Of a DNA stretch of 40,838 nucleotides, positions 7,133-15,793 are shown in pieces. The position numbers were made by a program, and so were the translations under genes. How positions within the stretch are numbered: position 1 is the stretch's first letter; every line of letters begins with the position of its first letter. The notes under the pieces were generated by a model. That model was not told where the DNA came from, made no database searches, and worked only from the letters and a program-made list of their open reading frames with translations. Origin of the DNA: Candidatus Tenebribacter mawsonii (GTDB lineage Bacteria > Cloacimonadota > Cloacimonadia > Cloacimonadales > TCS61); NCBI GenBank assembly GCA_030765665.1, contig JAVCCD010000339.1, positions 1 to 40,838 of the forward strand. The letters are read 5' to 3'.

Positions 7133-8242
7133 TTATCCGAGTAAGCTAACATAAAATTTTTCCCTTCCGGATTGATCTTTTACTTCAACAATTTTGATGA
7201 AGTTATATTCTTCAGACATGCGCTTTATGTATCTTTTAGCAGTAGCTTCAGACATCCCGGTGAATAGTATAATCTTACTTACAGCATCTTTATGATTAAT
7301 AGGTTTATCTGAGAAAACCTCCTTTGCGATTTCCTTGAATATTGCGGGTTTGTCATTTTGTTCATCCTTCCTATCCTTTATACCTGCGTAGGTATGATAT
7401 TTCTTATCACTATCATATTCGAATTGCAATATTGGGACATCCATACTATTGGCATTACGTAGTAGGTATGGTTCACAATAGCTGATTCCATCTTCACTTT
7501 TCTTAATCTGTAATACCGATTCTGCTTTCCTTTGCAACTGACTACCTAAATGCCCACGTTCTTTGTTACTGTTTGGGTTTAAATGTAGAATTGCGATAAT
7601 TGGACAGTCATATTCAATTGCTAATGTCTCAAAGAAATGTACAATAGAATTTGCTTGTTCTTCTTTGTTTACAGATGATATATAATCTGCTATACTATCT
7701 ATCACTGCTATATGAATTCCATTCGAAGATTTTGCTACCTCAGTAAATAAATCTCTTGTCCATTCCTGCATGTCTTCTAATTCCATTCCCCTGATGTTGT
7801 AACTGTAAAAATACTCTGGAGACTTTTCAATCCGTGATCGTTTGATTATTGCATGGATCATATTCTTGAAATGGTCATGCTTTGCTTGTTCAGTATCAAT
7901 ATGAATCACTGCTTTTTTTTGTTTGTTCCCATCAATGTAAAGAGGTTCAAATCCATCGTAACCATCGTCATGTCCTCTTATTACTCCTGCAAGAATGACG
8001 CTGCAGAATGCACTTTTCCCAGCTTTACTGCTTCCGGATAACATAGTAAGATTCCCTGCAGTTGATATAATATTTCCATTAATGCTAATTATTGGATATG
8101 GTTCAGGAATATTTATTTCTGATGTAATTCTCAAATTGGCATACTTACTTAAAAAAGTTTCTTTTTTTTCAGTTGTTGTATGATCCTCGGTTTTCTTAAC
8201 TAAGCCTGGTTTCTCATCTATATGCCCGTCTATTGTATTCAT
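7133..8242 (-). CDS. RecA-like P-loop ATPase (AAA_25/RepA-type replicative ATPase) with a C-terminal winged-helix-like tail
   Basis: Walker A GSSKAGKS. Walker B-like IAVIDSI. ILHLNPNSNKERGHLGSQLQRKAESV resembles RepA/DnaB-C-type helicase loaders of mobile elements. Confidence 0.7.
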   Translation of the reverse strand: MNTIDGHIDEKPGLVKKTEDHTTTEKKETFLSKYANLRITSEINIPEPYPIISINGNIISTAGNLTMLSGSSKAGKSAFCSVILAGVIRGHDDGYDGFEPLYIDGNKQKKAVIHIDTEQAKHDHFKNMIHAIIKRSRIEKSPEYFYSYNIRGMELEDMQEWTRDLFTEVAKSSNGIHIAVIDSIADYISSVNKEEQANSIVHFFETLAIEYDCPIIAILHLNPNSNKERGHLGSQLQRKAESVLQIKKSEDGISYCEPYLLRNANSMDVPILQFEYDSDKKYHTYAGIKDRKDEQNDKPAIFKEIAKEVFSDKPINHKDAVSKIILFTGMSEATAKRYIKRMSEEYNFIKIVEVKDQSGREKFYVSLLG

Positions 8243-8480
8243 TTATCACTTCCTCTTCAATTTTTTCAATTAGTTCTTCATTCATTTCAATTGCTTTTTC
8301 ATAGTAATGACCACCACGATCAACCCAGTGCAATAGGGGTACATCAACTCTTAATCCATTATTCAATTGAATAATTCGCATTTGATTGATTATCATTCCG
8401 TAAATTTTAATTGATGCTGTAGCGATCAGATTGCCTTTGTTGATTACCTTCATTCCTATTATTTCAATTTCATCATTCAT
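8214..8480 (-). CDS. SpoVG-like small protein
   Basis: IATASIKIYGMIINQMRIIQLNNGLRVDVP resembles the SpoVG core (KAxASITxDxxFVVHDIRVIxGxNGLFVAMP). This is similarity by eye only. Confidence 0.45.
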   Translation of the reverse strand: MNDEIEIIGMKVINKGNLIATASIKIYGMIINQMRIIQLNNGLRVDVPLLHWVDRGGHYYEKAIEMNEELIEKIEEEVINEYNRRAYR

Positions 8481-8491
8481 TTGTTTTTCCT

Positions 8492-8842
8492 TTAATTTAT
8501 TATTGGTTTGAAGGGAATTATCAGGTGCCCTAATTTTCTTTCCCTGGATTTTAAGAATTTCCCTTTTTTGTGTATTCTCCTTTTAGGTGCTCCACATTGA
8601 ATTAAAACATCCAGATTTTCATTTCTAGTGTCAAATTGATATAAACCATCAGCTGTTGCCCATTCGTTGAAAATTATACCTTTTGAACGTAACTTAACAA
8701 GGGTTTTGTAACTCCAGCATGTACAACCTAATGTTGTTTTTGATTTCCTGTAGATTTCCATGAATTTTGTGATCAGAAATGTATCTCTGCATTTGTCCCG
8801 ATAGAGAAGATGCTTGTATTCTGAAGATATTAATTTTCTCAT
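8492..8842 (-). CDS. Hypothetical basic 116-aa protein
   Basis: ORF tightly packed within the element's operon. No family recognised. Confidence 0.5.
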   Translation of the reverse strand: MRKLISSEYKHLLYRDKCRDTFLITKFMEIYRKSKTTLGCTCWSYKTLVKLRSKGIIFNEWATADGLYQFDTRNENLDVLIQCGAPKRRIHKKGKFLKSRERKLGHLIIPFKPIIN

Positions 8843-8849
8843 AATATCC

Positions 8850-9107
8850 TCACTTTCCAGCTATGATGTTGCTAATTGCTTCGGATTCAATCTGTAGGGA
8901 ACTCTTAACAAGACTTGTATTATTGAGAATGAAATTGTCTAAATCTACTTTTTTGTAATATACCTTGCGACCTCTTCGACGGTGGAACGGAATTGTTCGG
9001 TAATAATTGTAACTATAAAGCGTTGCAGGTTTCAAGTTTAAGTATGCACAAGCTTCAGCAAGAGACATGAAAACGGATTCAATCTGATTTTGTTTTTTTT
9101 GTACCAT
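8850..9107 (-). CDS. Excisionase/AlpA-like helix-turn-helix DNA-binding protein
   Basis: MSLAEACAYLNLKPATLYSY..IPF...GRKVYYKKVDLDNFI fits the MerR-superfamily Xis (HTH_17) pattern. The start is placed at the ATG at 9107, 8 nt after AAGGAG. The track start at 9140 lacks an RBS. Confidence 0.7.
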   Translation of the reverse strand: MVQKKQNQIESVFMSLAEACAYLNLKPATLYSYNYYRTIPFHRRRGRKVYYKKVDLDNFILNNTSLVKSSLQIESEAISNIIAGK

Positions 9108-9216
9108 GAAAAAACTCCTTATTCTTATTAAGGTTTTCACCTTTCGAATAAGAAGTCCGACTTCAAGAGTCGTTTAAGAACTTAATAGGTCGTTTATAAT
9201 AAATAATATGAATTAA

Positions 9217-10407
9217 TTAAAACCAATCTAATTCACAGGAATATGATATTTTGCCATTTCTCCATTTAATATATGAGTTTATATGCTCATAGAATTCAGG
9301 GTATCCTCTTTTGCAATGTGACATAGCAGTTCTGCATGCTTTTGTAACACTATCAGAAATTCTCTTATCGTTTAAAGTAGTATTTGAACTTGATAGCCTA
9401 ATTTGTTTGATATTATTGTAAATTGTGTTAATTTCAGTTTCAATCTTTTCAATTTTCACTTCATAAGCTGTTGGATCAACTTCTATCGTATTTTTTAAAT
9501 AAATAAGTTCATCTTCAAGGCTTCGTTGATTTTTTCTTAAATCATTAAGTTCTGTTTTGAATGGTAAATCATCTAAAATCCGGGACTCTAAGTTATGTGC
9601 ATTGGCTAATTCCGAATAAAGAAATTTTGTATCAGGAGATTTTAAACATTTTGAAAAATAATAAATCCCAAGCAGATCTTGTAGTATTTTTCTTTTTCCA
9701 TTATAAACAACTTCCCATCCAGCACTAATTCTATTAATTGAGTATCTATGTATATTTGGATATTTTCTTTTTTCTAATTCTTTAAATTTTACTTCCAAAC
9801 CAGTTATGTCTACCGCTTGCCTGCAAATTGTATTATCCATGGTACTAATAGTTTTCGAAATAGAATTTATTTGATTATATTTTTCAATTACATATTTCAT
9901 GTACAATTCAAAATAACGTGCGTATCCGTATTCTTTTATCTCTTCATTTTCCATTAACAAGTTATCAATTAATGGCCAACATGCTGCTCCTTCGCAAAAA
10001 TAAAATAAAAATAAACCATATAAATTTAATGGGATGCTTAACATTTGCATAGTGTCAGCTAATGAATCTTCGAATAATTCTGATTTTATTGCATGAAGAA
10101 TCTTAAAAAAATGATTTTCAATAAAGTGAGTATATGCATGAACAAACATATTAGAAATCATTTCTAGCCTTTCAGGATCTGAAAACAGCTGTTTTCTGTT
10201 ATTGAATAAATCATTACTGATGTAATACGATTCAATTTCGTTTAAAATTCTATCCTTAACTTCGATAAAATCTTTTTCAATGTCGTTTGAATCAAAAATA
10301 TTCTCAATCATTATCATCGAGTAATCGGAGATATTTTTTTCGTTGGAACTAATTCTGTAAGTTAACCCATTTTTTAAAAGTTCAAGGTATTCATAAGTTT
10401 CATTCAT
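9217..10407 (-). CDS. Hypothetical 396-aa protein, translationally coupled to the integrase
   Basis: Its ATG (10405..10407) overlaps the integrase TGA (10404..10406) as ATGA. The C-terminal third is coiled-coil-like. No family recognised. Confidence 0.6.
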   Translation of the reverse strand: MNETYEYLELLKNGLTYRISSNEKNISDYSMIMIENIFDSNDIEKDFIEVKDRILNEIESYYISNDLFNNRKQLFSDPERLEMISNMFVHAYTHFIENHFFKILHAIKSELFEDSLADTMQMLSIPLNLYGLFLFYFCEGAACWPLIDNLLMENEEIKEYGYARYFELYMKYVIEKYNQINSISKTISTMDNTICRQAVDITGLEVKFKELEKRKYPNIHRYSINRISAGWEVVYNGKRKILQDLLGIYYFSKCLKSPDTKFLYSELANAHNLESRILDDLPFKTELNDLRKNQRSLEDELIYLKNTIEVDPTAYEVKIEKIETEINTIYNNIKQIRLSSSNTTLNDKRISDSVTKACRTAMSHCKRGYPEFYEHINSYIKWRNGKISYSCELDWF

Positions 10408-11516
10408 TTCGACTCCCAATTCAAATCAGGTAACTTATCAATCGCATCATCTCTTTTTTTATCGATTATCTTAGCATAGATCTGTGTGTGTTTGATGTCT
10501 TTATGCCCTAAAAGCTTGCTGACAGTGTAAAGGTCAATGTCATATGTTAAGCACAACGTCGCAAATGTATGCCGTGCACAATGGAATGTAATATGTTTAT
10601 CAATGCTATTTCGATGAACCCATCTTTTGATGTGCTTATTAATTGAATCTTCACCTGGAAGTCCGAAAATAAGATCAAATAGTTTATTTCCATTTCTCTG
10701 ATCTGATAATATATTCTGTGCAGAGCTTGATATCTTCATTCTTAATGTATCTGATGTTTTCTTCTGTAACACTTCAAGATTCTCTTCTTTAATGTTCTTC
10801 CATGTTAACGATCTTATATCTGAAATTCTTAATCCAGTGAAACAACTAAACAGGAAGGCATTTTTTATATCCTTATCAATTAATTTATCAGTAGAAATCT
10901 TTATTATCTCATCTTCAGTGAGAAACTCTCTTCTGGCATTCACTCCTGGGTTCAATACGAATAATGCAGGATTTTTTGATATATAGTTCTTCTTTAGCGC
11001 AATATTTAGCATAGCTTTGAAGTTTGAGAAATATGTACTGGTCGTATTTGGAGATACTACTGTTAGCAAGTATTCTCTATAGCTTTCGCATAATGGTAGT
11101 GTGATTTTCGAAAATTTCAAATAACCATCATTGAACTTAGTAAAATGTTTTAGGGCATTAGTCCAAACATTATAAGTATTTCCGGTTTTCTTGTTTTTGA
11201 CTTCTTCATAAAATTCAATTACATTAGAATCACATAATTTTTCTTTCTTTAAGGACTCGTTACCATGAAGCTTATACTGGAACTCATATTTAGATTGTTC
11301 TTCGCTTGCTTTCTGGATAATTTGTTTATCATGGGTAAGATTTGAGATTTTACCAGAAATCGTTAATCCCTTAAGATTAATTGTTTTCCGAATGTCTATT
11401 CTTTGAATCTCTAAATATAAGGAATAGTCATGCTTCTGTTTCCTGTATTTAATTTTGAATTTACTGTGATGATTATAAGTTCTTATTTCTTTTATCAATT
11501 TTTCATTCATTTTCAC
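10404..11516 (-). CDS. int: Tyrosine recombinase / phage-type integrase
   Basis: Catalytic signature: LRISD (Arg), HCARHTFAT (H-x-x-R), LLGHKDIKHTQIYAKI (His and Tyr). The N-terminal arm-binding and SAM-like domain layout resembles Bacteroidota-type integrases. Confidence 0.9.
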   Translation of the reverse strand: MKMNEKLIKEIRTYNHHSKFKIKYRKQKHDYSLYLEIQRIDIRKTINLKGLTISGKISNLTHDKQIIQKASEEQSKYEFQYKLHGNESLKKEKLCDSNVIEFYEEVKNKKTGNTYNVWTNALKHFTKFNDGYLKFSKITLPLCESYREYLLTVVSPNTTSTYFSNFKAMLNIALKKNYISKNPALFVLNPGVNARREFLTEDEIIKISTDKLIDKDIKNAFLFSCFTGLRISDIRSLTWKNIKEENLEVLQKKTSDTLRMKISSSAQNILSDQRNGNKLFDLIFGLPGEDSINKHIKRWVHRNSIDKHITFHCARHTFATLCLTYDIDLYTVSKLLGHKDIKHTQIYAKIIDKKRDDAIDKLPDLNWESK

Positions 11517-11529
11517 TACCTTTTAATAA

Positions 11530-11553
11530 AACGTTGTGAGAAACGTTGTGAGA
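11530..11553 (+). repeat. Two perfect tandem AACGTTGTGAGA 12-mers just upstream of the integrase start (candidate arm-type or operator sites)
   Basis: 11530..11541 and 11542..11553 are identical to 189..200. They lie 14-37 nt upstream of the integrase ATG at 11516 on the minus strand. Confidence 0.5.
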
Positions 11554-11678
11554 TTTCATGCAAATCATTCAAATCCATTACAACCTAATATTAGTTCACA
11601 TTCTCTTAGTTCACTCTATGCAAGCGTTATGTCTAACGCAATCCAAATAAATCAAAGGTAATCAAATTGTCAACTGAA

Positions 11679-11711
11679 TTTGGGGTTCGAGTCCCTACGG
11701 GCGTGCCATTT
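11679..11711 (+). repeat. attR core: second copy of the 33-bp tRNA-Arg 3' end, with no tRNA 5' half
   Basis: Identical to 94..126. The upstream sequence does not fold into the rest of a tRNA. The integrase gene lies ~160 bp inside this copy. Confidence 0.85.
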
Positions 11712-11983
11712 ATACTTTGGCTTGTGAGGAACGAACAAACGAAGTTAAAACAAGATTTGGCTTTGCGAAGCAAAACACATCGGTTTGATTAATTACGAAT
11801 TTCAAATTACGAAATAATAATGAAAATAAGATATTCATGGATACAATTTATAACATAATTGGTGAGAATCCCTTCTTCTTGCTATGGTTCGACCACATAT
11901 ACTCCGATTTGTGACAATCGAGCAAACGAAGTCATAAAACTATAATGATATGAAAATTTTACGTCGTTTTTAATAATTTGAAT

Positions 11984-12748
11984 TTAATAGAGATTAAAAA
12001 AACTCAGATATAAACTAATTAACGTATTGCCTGCGAGAATGTAAAATATTGATCCCACAACGAGAAACGGTCCAAAAGGAAAGTGTTTTTGGCGATCATG
12101 TTTTAAAACTAATAGTGTTGCTAGAGCTATTAATGACGAAAAAAGTATTGTGAATAATGTTCCCCAAATTCCCAGAAAAGCACCAATTGCAGCAATAAGT
12201 TTAATGTCACCACCACCAAGGCTGTCTTTATCAGTAATTTTTTGGAAGAAATAAGCTGTGAATAAAAATAATAGAAAACCAGACAGAGCACCTATTCCAG
12301 CTGATATCCAGTTAACATCGGTATGTGGCAAGATTGAGAAGATGAATCCAATTATTATAAGTGGTAATGATAGTTTATTTGGAATTATGTAATGAAAAAA
12401 ATCAATAAAAAAGATGATCAAACCGAAAGAAATAAAAATTGCATATTTGAAAAAGACAATTGAGAATTGTGCTTCTAGGCTTATAAAAAGGAGAATCAGC
12501 AAAATAGGTGTTAATATTTCCACAAGAAAGTAATGAATATTGATCTTGGTGCCACAATATGCACATTTACCCTTGAGTAAAATATAACTTATTATTGGAA
12601 TGTTGTGATAAGGTTTAATTTTTGTTTTACATACTGGGCAACTTGAATCTGGGTATACAACCGATTTTTTTATGGGAATTCTGGAAATACAAACATTGAA
12701 GAAACTTCCAAAAACCGTTCCAAATATAAATATTATTAAATAGAACAT
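11984..12748 (-). CDS. pilD: Prepilin peptidase (A24 family)
   Basis: N-terminal CPVC...CAYC zinc motif, a polytopic membrane region and GGGDIKLIAAIGAFLG. Confidence 0.9.
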   Translation of the reverse strand: MFYLIIFIFGTVFGSFFNVCISRIPIKKSVVYPDSSCPVCKTKIKPYHNIPIISYILLKGKCAYCGTKINIHYFLVEILTPILLILLFISLEAQFSIVFFKYAIFISFGLIIFFIDFFHYIIPNKLSLPLIIIGFIFSILPHTDVNWISAGIGALSGFLLFLFTAYFFQKITDKDSLGGGDIKLIAAIGAFLGIWGTLFTILFSSLIALATLLVLKHDRQKHFPFGPFLVVGSIFYILAGNTLISLYLSFFNLY

Positions 12749-12777
12749 AATAAAAATGCCCGGATAAACCGGGCATT
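12749..12777 (-). terminator. Terminator-like hairpin between pilC and pilD; its U-tail runs into the pilD start codon
   Basis: A perfect 9-bp stem, AATGCCCGG-loop-CCGGGCATT (12755..12777). On the minus strand it is followed by UUUUUAUUAUG. Confidence 0.4.
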
Positions 12778-12784
12778 AATTAGT

Positions 12785-14038
12785 TTATTTCATTCCTGAA
12801 CTGATGGCCAGTCCCAGATTGAATATCGGCAGATATATGATTACGATAATGTAACCGACCAATGCTGCCATAATAATTATCATCATCGGCTCTATAAGTG
12901 AAGTGAGCCTTTCTATTACAGAGTCAACCAACTTCTGATGAAATTCTGCTGCTTTTTTGAGCAGACTATCCATTTCACCAGTCTCTTCACCAGTTGATAT
13001 AAGTTGAAGAAGAGTTGATGGGAACACTTTTGTTTTCTTAAATGCTCCTGCAACGGTATAGCCCTCTTTCACCAAATGTCTGGCCTGCTTACAAGCTCGT
13101 TCAATAATTGCATTTTGAACAACTTTTTCAACCAGCTCCATAGTATCCATAATGGGAACACCTGCGTACATAAGTATACTAAATGTTCGTGCAAATTTGC
13201 TCATGATAGAGTTTTCCATCAAATTTCCAATCACAGGCATTTTCAAAATGATGCTATCTATAACTAAATGTCCTCTTTCTGAGATATAGAATAAAAAGAA
13301 AGCCATTAAGAATGCTAACACACCTAAGCCAGTGAAGAATACATTCTCACGAACAATATTACTGATAGCAATAGCGGCAACTGTAGGTGCTGGAAGATCT
13401 GCATTGAAACTTTCATAAACACCAGCGAACATAGGTATTATATAATAGAACAAGCCCCAAACCACAAATGCCAGGAAGGCAAGAATGAATATTGGGTATG
13501 AAAGTGCAGACCATACTTTACGACGCGTATCTTCTATTTTCTCTAGATAGGTTGCAAGTTCATCAAGTACTGTATGGAGCGTACCAGAAACCTCACCTGC
13601 TTTTACCAATGCAATAAAAAGTGAATTAAATACACCCGGATGCAGTTCCATAGATTCCGATAAACTGTATCCCTTTTTAATGTCGTTTGATAACTTCAGT
13701 AGAACTTTCTTAAAACGCTTGTTCTTCTCTTCTCTAGCCAAATTAGTTAACGACTTCTCAATGGTTAGACCCGCCGAAAACATTGTTGCAAGCTGGCGTG
13801 TGAAGAATACAAGAATTTTTAAACTTATACCCGTTCTTATTTTATAGATAGTAAGCATTATTTTATCGAGCATTGATAGCTGTCCGCTGAACGCTCCTTC
13901 TTTTCCCGGCTTCACCGAGATAATAATGCTACCTTCTTTAGTTAACTTATCAACAGCTTCGTCCATAGAAGTAGCTTTTAAAGTTCCCTCTACACGAAGC
14001 CCTTTTACGTCTTTTATTATATATTGAAAAACTGCCAT
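12785..14038 (-). CDS. pilC: Type IV pilus platform protein (GspF/PilC family)
   Basis: Two T2SSF-type repeats with three TM segments. Position lies between pilB and pilD. Confidence 0.9.
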   Translation of the reverse strand: MAVFQYIIKDVKGLRVEGTLKATSMDEAVDKLTKEGSIIISVKPGKEGAFSGQLSMLDKIMLTIYKIRTGISLKILVFFTRQLATMFSAGLTIEKSLTNLAREEKNKRFKKVLLKLSNDIKKGYSLSESMELHPGVFNSLFIALVKAGEVSGTLHTVLDELATYLEKIEDTRRKVWSALSYPIFILAFLAFVVWGLFYYIIPMFAGVYESFNADLPAPTVAAIAISNIVRENVFFTGLGVLAFLMAFFLFYISERGHLVIDSIILKMPVIGNLMENSIMSKFARTFSILMYAGVPIMDTMELVEKVVQNAIIERACKQARHLVKEGYTVAGAFKKTKVFPSTLLQLISTGEETGEMDSLLKKAAEFHQKLVDSVIERLTSLIEPMMIIIMAALVGYIIVIIYLPIFNLGLAISSGMK

Positions 14039-14063
14039 ATTATATCCTTCTTAATTAGAGAAT

Positions 14064-15773
14064 TTATTCATCAGAAACTGTTAACTTAACAACCTCACTG
14101 ATCGATGTTAAACCTAGTTTCATTTTGTCTATACCACTAGCATGTAGCGAATGCATTCCGTTTCTAATTGCTGCTTCACGAATAACATCCTGATTTTCAC
14201 CTGCAAAGATAAGCTTCCTAACTTCAGAGTTAACTTCAATAATTTCAAAGATACCTGTTCTTCCAGAATATCCAGTGTTGTCACAATGAACACATCCTTT
14301 ACCTTTTTTAAAGTTAATTTCCTTTGCTTGTTCATGTGTAATACCAGCTGCAACAAGTTCCTGTTCTTTTGGAGTGTAATCACCGATGCAATTTGAACAG
14401 ATCTTTCTAACTAATCGCTGAGCCAGAACAAGATTCAATGAAGAAGCTACAAGATATGCAGGGATACCGATATCAACAAGTCGTGTTATTGTTGAAGGGG
14501 CATCATTTGCATGAAGTGTAGTGAATACAAGGTGACCAGTAAGTGAGAACTTGATGGCGATATCAGCAGTTTCTTCATCACGGATCTCACCAATAAGAAC
14601 GATATCGGGGTCCTGACGAAGAACAGAACGAAGAGCCTTTCCAAAAGTTAGGCCAATTTTCTCTTTTGCTTCGATCTGTGTAATACCATCGAGTCTGTAC
14701 TCAACAGGGTCTTCAACGGTCACAATATTATTTTCGATATTCTTTATCTCTTTCAATGCAGCGTGTAGCGTTGTTGACTTTCCACTACCTGTAGGTCCGG
14801 AAACAATTGTTATTCCATAAGGACGTTTGATCCACTTATGGAAGATCTGAAGATCTTCTTTAGAGAAACCCAGAGTAGTAAGGCTAAAACCAAATTCCCC
14901 TTTGTCCAAAAGACGCATCACAACTTTTTCTCCAGTAACAGTTGGTGTAATAGAAACTCTCACATCTACACTTTTTTGTGATGTTTTAAGTGAAATGTGA
15001 CCATCTTGGGGCAATCTTCTTTCTGCAATATTCAATTTTGACATCACTTTAACAAGTGACACCATACCCCCATGAAGCCCAATAGGTGGTGACATCACTT
15101 CACGTAAAGCACCATCAATCCTAAATCTAACACGTGTATTATTTGTGAGAGGTTCAATATGAATATCCGTTGAATTTGATTTGATAGCTTCTGTAATAAT
15201 AAGATTAAGAAGTTTCACAACTGGTGCATCAGCATCACCTTTGCTATCAACTGTTATCTCATTTTCATCATCATCAACAGCTACAAATTCAAAATTACCA
15301 ACCGCATCTTCCATTTGAGTAGAAGTACGGATACTCTTGTAGTATTTTTCAAGAGTATCCGTTAACATGGAGTCACCAATAAGCATTGGAACTATATTTA
15401 ATCCCAAAAGCTTCTGCAGACTATCATGAATGACAATGTTATCTGGATCTGTCATTGCCACGATCATAGTGTTATCCTGTTTACGCAAAGCAATAACCCT
15501 ATTTTCCACTGCAAATGGTTCTGGAATAAGTTTCACTATTTCAGAATCAAGTTCAAGAAGTTCATCTTCTTTAATTACATCGTATTCTAGCTGAAGATGT
15601 AGCGCATCCAGCAAATCTTTCTCAGAAATAATACCGAGTTTTAATAATGTTCCCCCGATTTTAAGTCCAAAACTCTTCTGCTTTTGTGCTGCTTCACTAA
15701 TTTGCTCTTCATTAGCAACACCAAGATGAACTAATACTTCACCTAACCTGGCAAATTGAGGATTAAAACTCAT
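14064..15773 (-). CDS. pilB: Type IV pilus assembly ATPase (GspE/PilB family) with an MshEN-like N-terminal domain
   Basis: Walker A GPTGSGKST, Asp and His boxes, and a tetracysteine CSNC...CVHC motif. The N-terminus has two RLGxxLxxxGxxxxxxLxxALxxQ-like motifs. Confidence 0.9.
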   Translation of the reverse strand: MSFNPQFARLGEVLVHLGVANEEQISEAAQKQKSFGLKIGGTLLKLGIISEKDLLDALHLQLEYDVIKEDELLELDSEIVKLIPEPFAVENRVIALRKQDNTMIVAMTDPDNIVIHDSLQKLLGLNIVPMLIGDSMLTDTLEKYYKSIRTSTQMEDAVGNFEFVAVDDDENEITVDSKGDADAPVVKLLNLIITEAIKSNSTDIHIEPLTNNTRVRFRIDGALREVMSPPIGLHGGMVSLVKVMSKLNIAERRLPQDGHISLKTSQKSVDVRVSITPTVTGEKVVMRLLDKGEFGFSLTTLGFSKEDLQIFHKWIKRPYGITIVSGPTGSGKSTTLHAALKEIKNIENNIVTVEDPVEYRLDGITQIEAKEKIGLTFGKALRSVLRQDPDIVLIGEIRDEETADIAIKFSLTGHLVFTTLHANDAPSTITRLVDIGIPAYLVASSLNLVLAQRLVRKICSNCIGDYTPKEQELVAAGITHEQAKEINFKKGKGCVHCDNTGYSGRTGIFEIIEVNSEVRKLIFAGENQDVIREAAIRNGMHSLHASGIDKMKLGLTSISEVVKLTVSDE

Positions 15774-15793
15774 TTATTTTCTCCTACTTATCA

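Larger units (their letters stand above)
94..11711. mobile_element. Integrated element in tRNA-Arg (integrative mobilizable element or phage-satellite-like)
   Basis: Bounded by the tRNA-derived direct repeats. Carries a tyrosine integrase, an Xis-like HTH protein, a primase and a RecA-like ATPase. No capsid, terminase or conjugation genes were recognised. Confidence 0.8.

Noticed and set aside
6952-7152. 66-aa ORF between the ATPase and primase genes.
   Set aside because: It is entirely covered by the TGATAC/GTATCA repeat array, has no convincing RBS, and its sequence is repeat-driven. It is more likely non-coding origin or operator DNA, although a small protein cannot be excluded.
11721-11940. 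An imperfect ~30-nt direct repeat, TTGTGA-N8-CAAACGAAGT-(T/C)A..AAAAC, at 11722..11751 and 11909..11940, considered as a secondary att site or remnant of another element.
   Set aside because: It lies outside the tRNA-derived repeat, with no recombinase or foreign genes between the copies. The match is short and imperfect, so it could be a host intergenic repeat. It cannot be evaluated without genome-wide counts.
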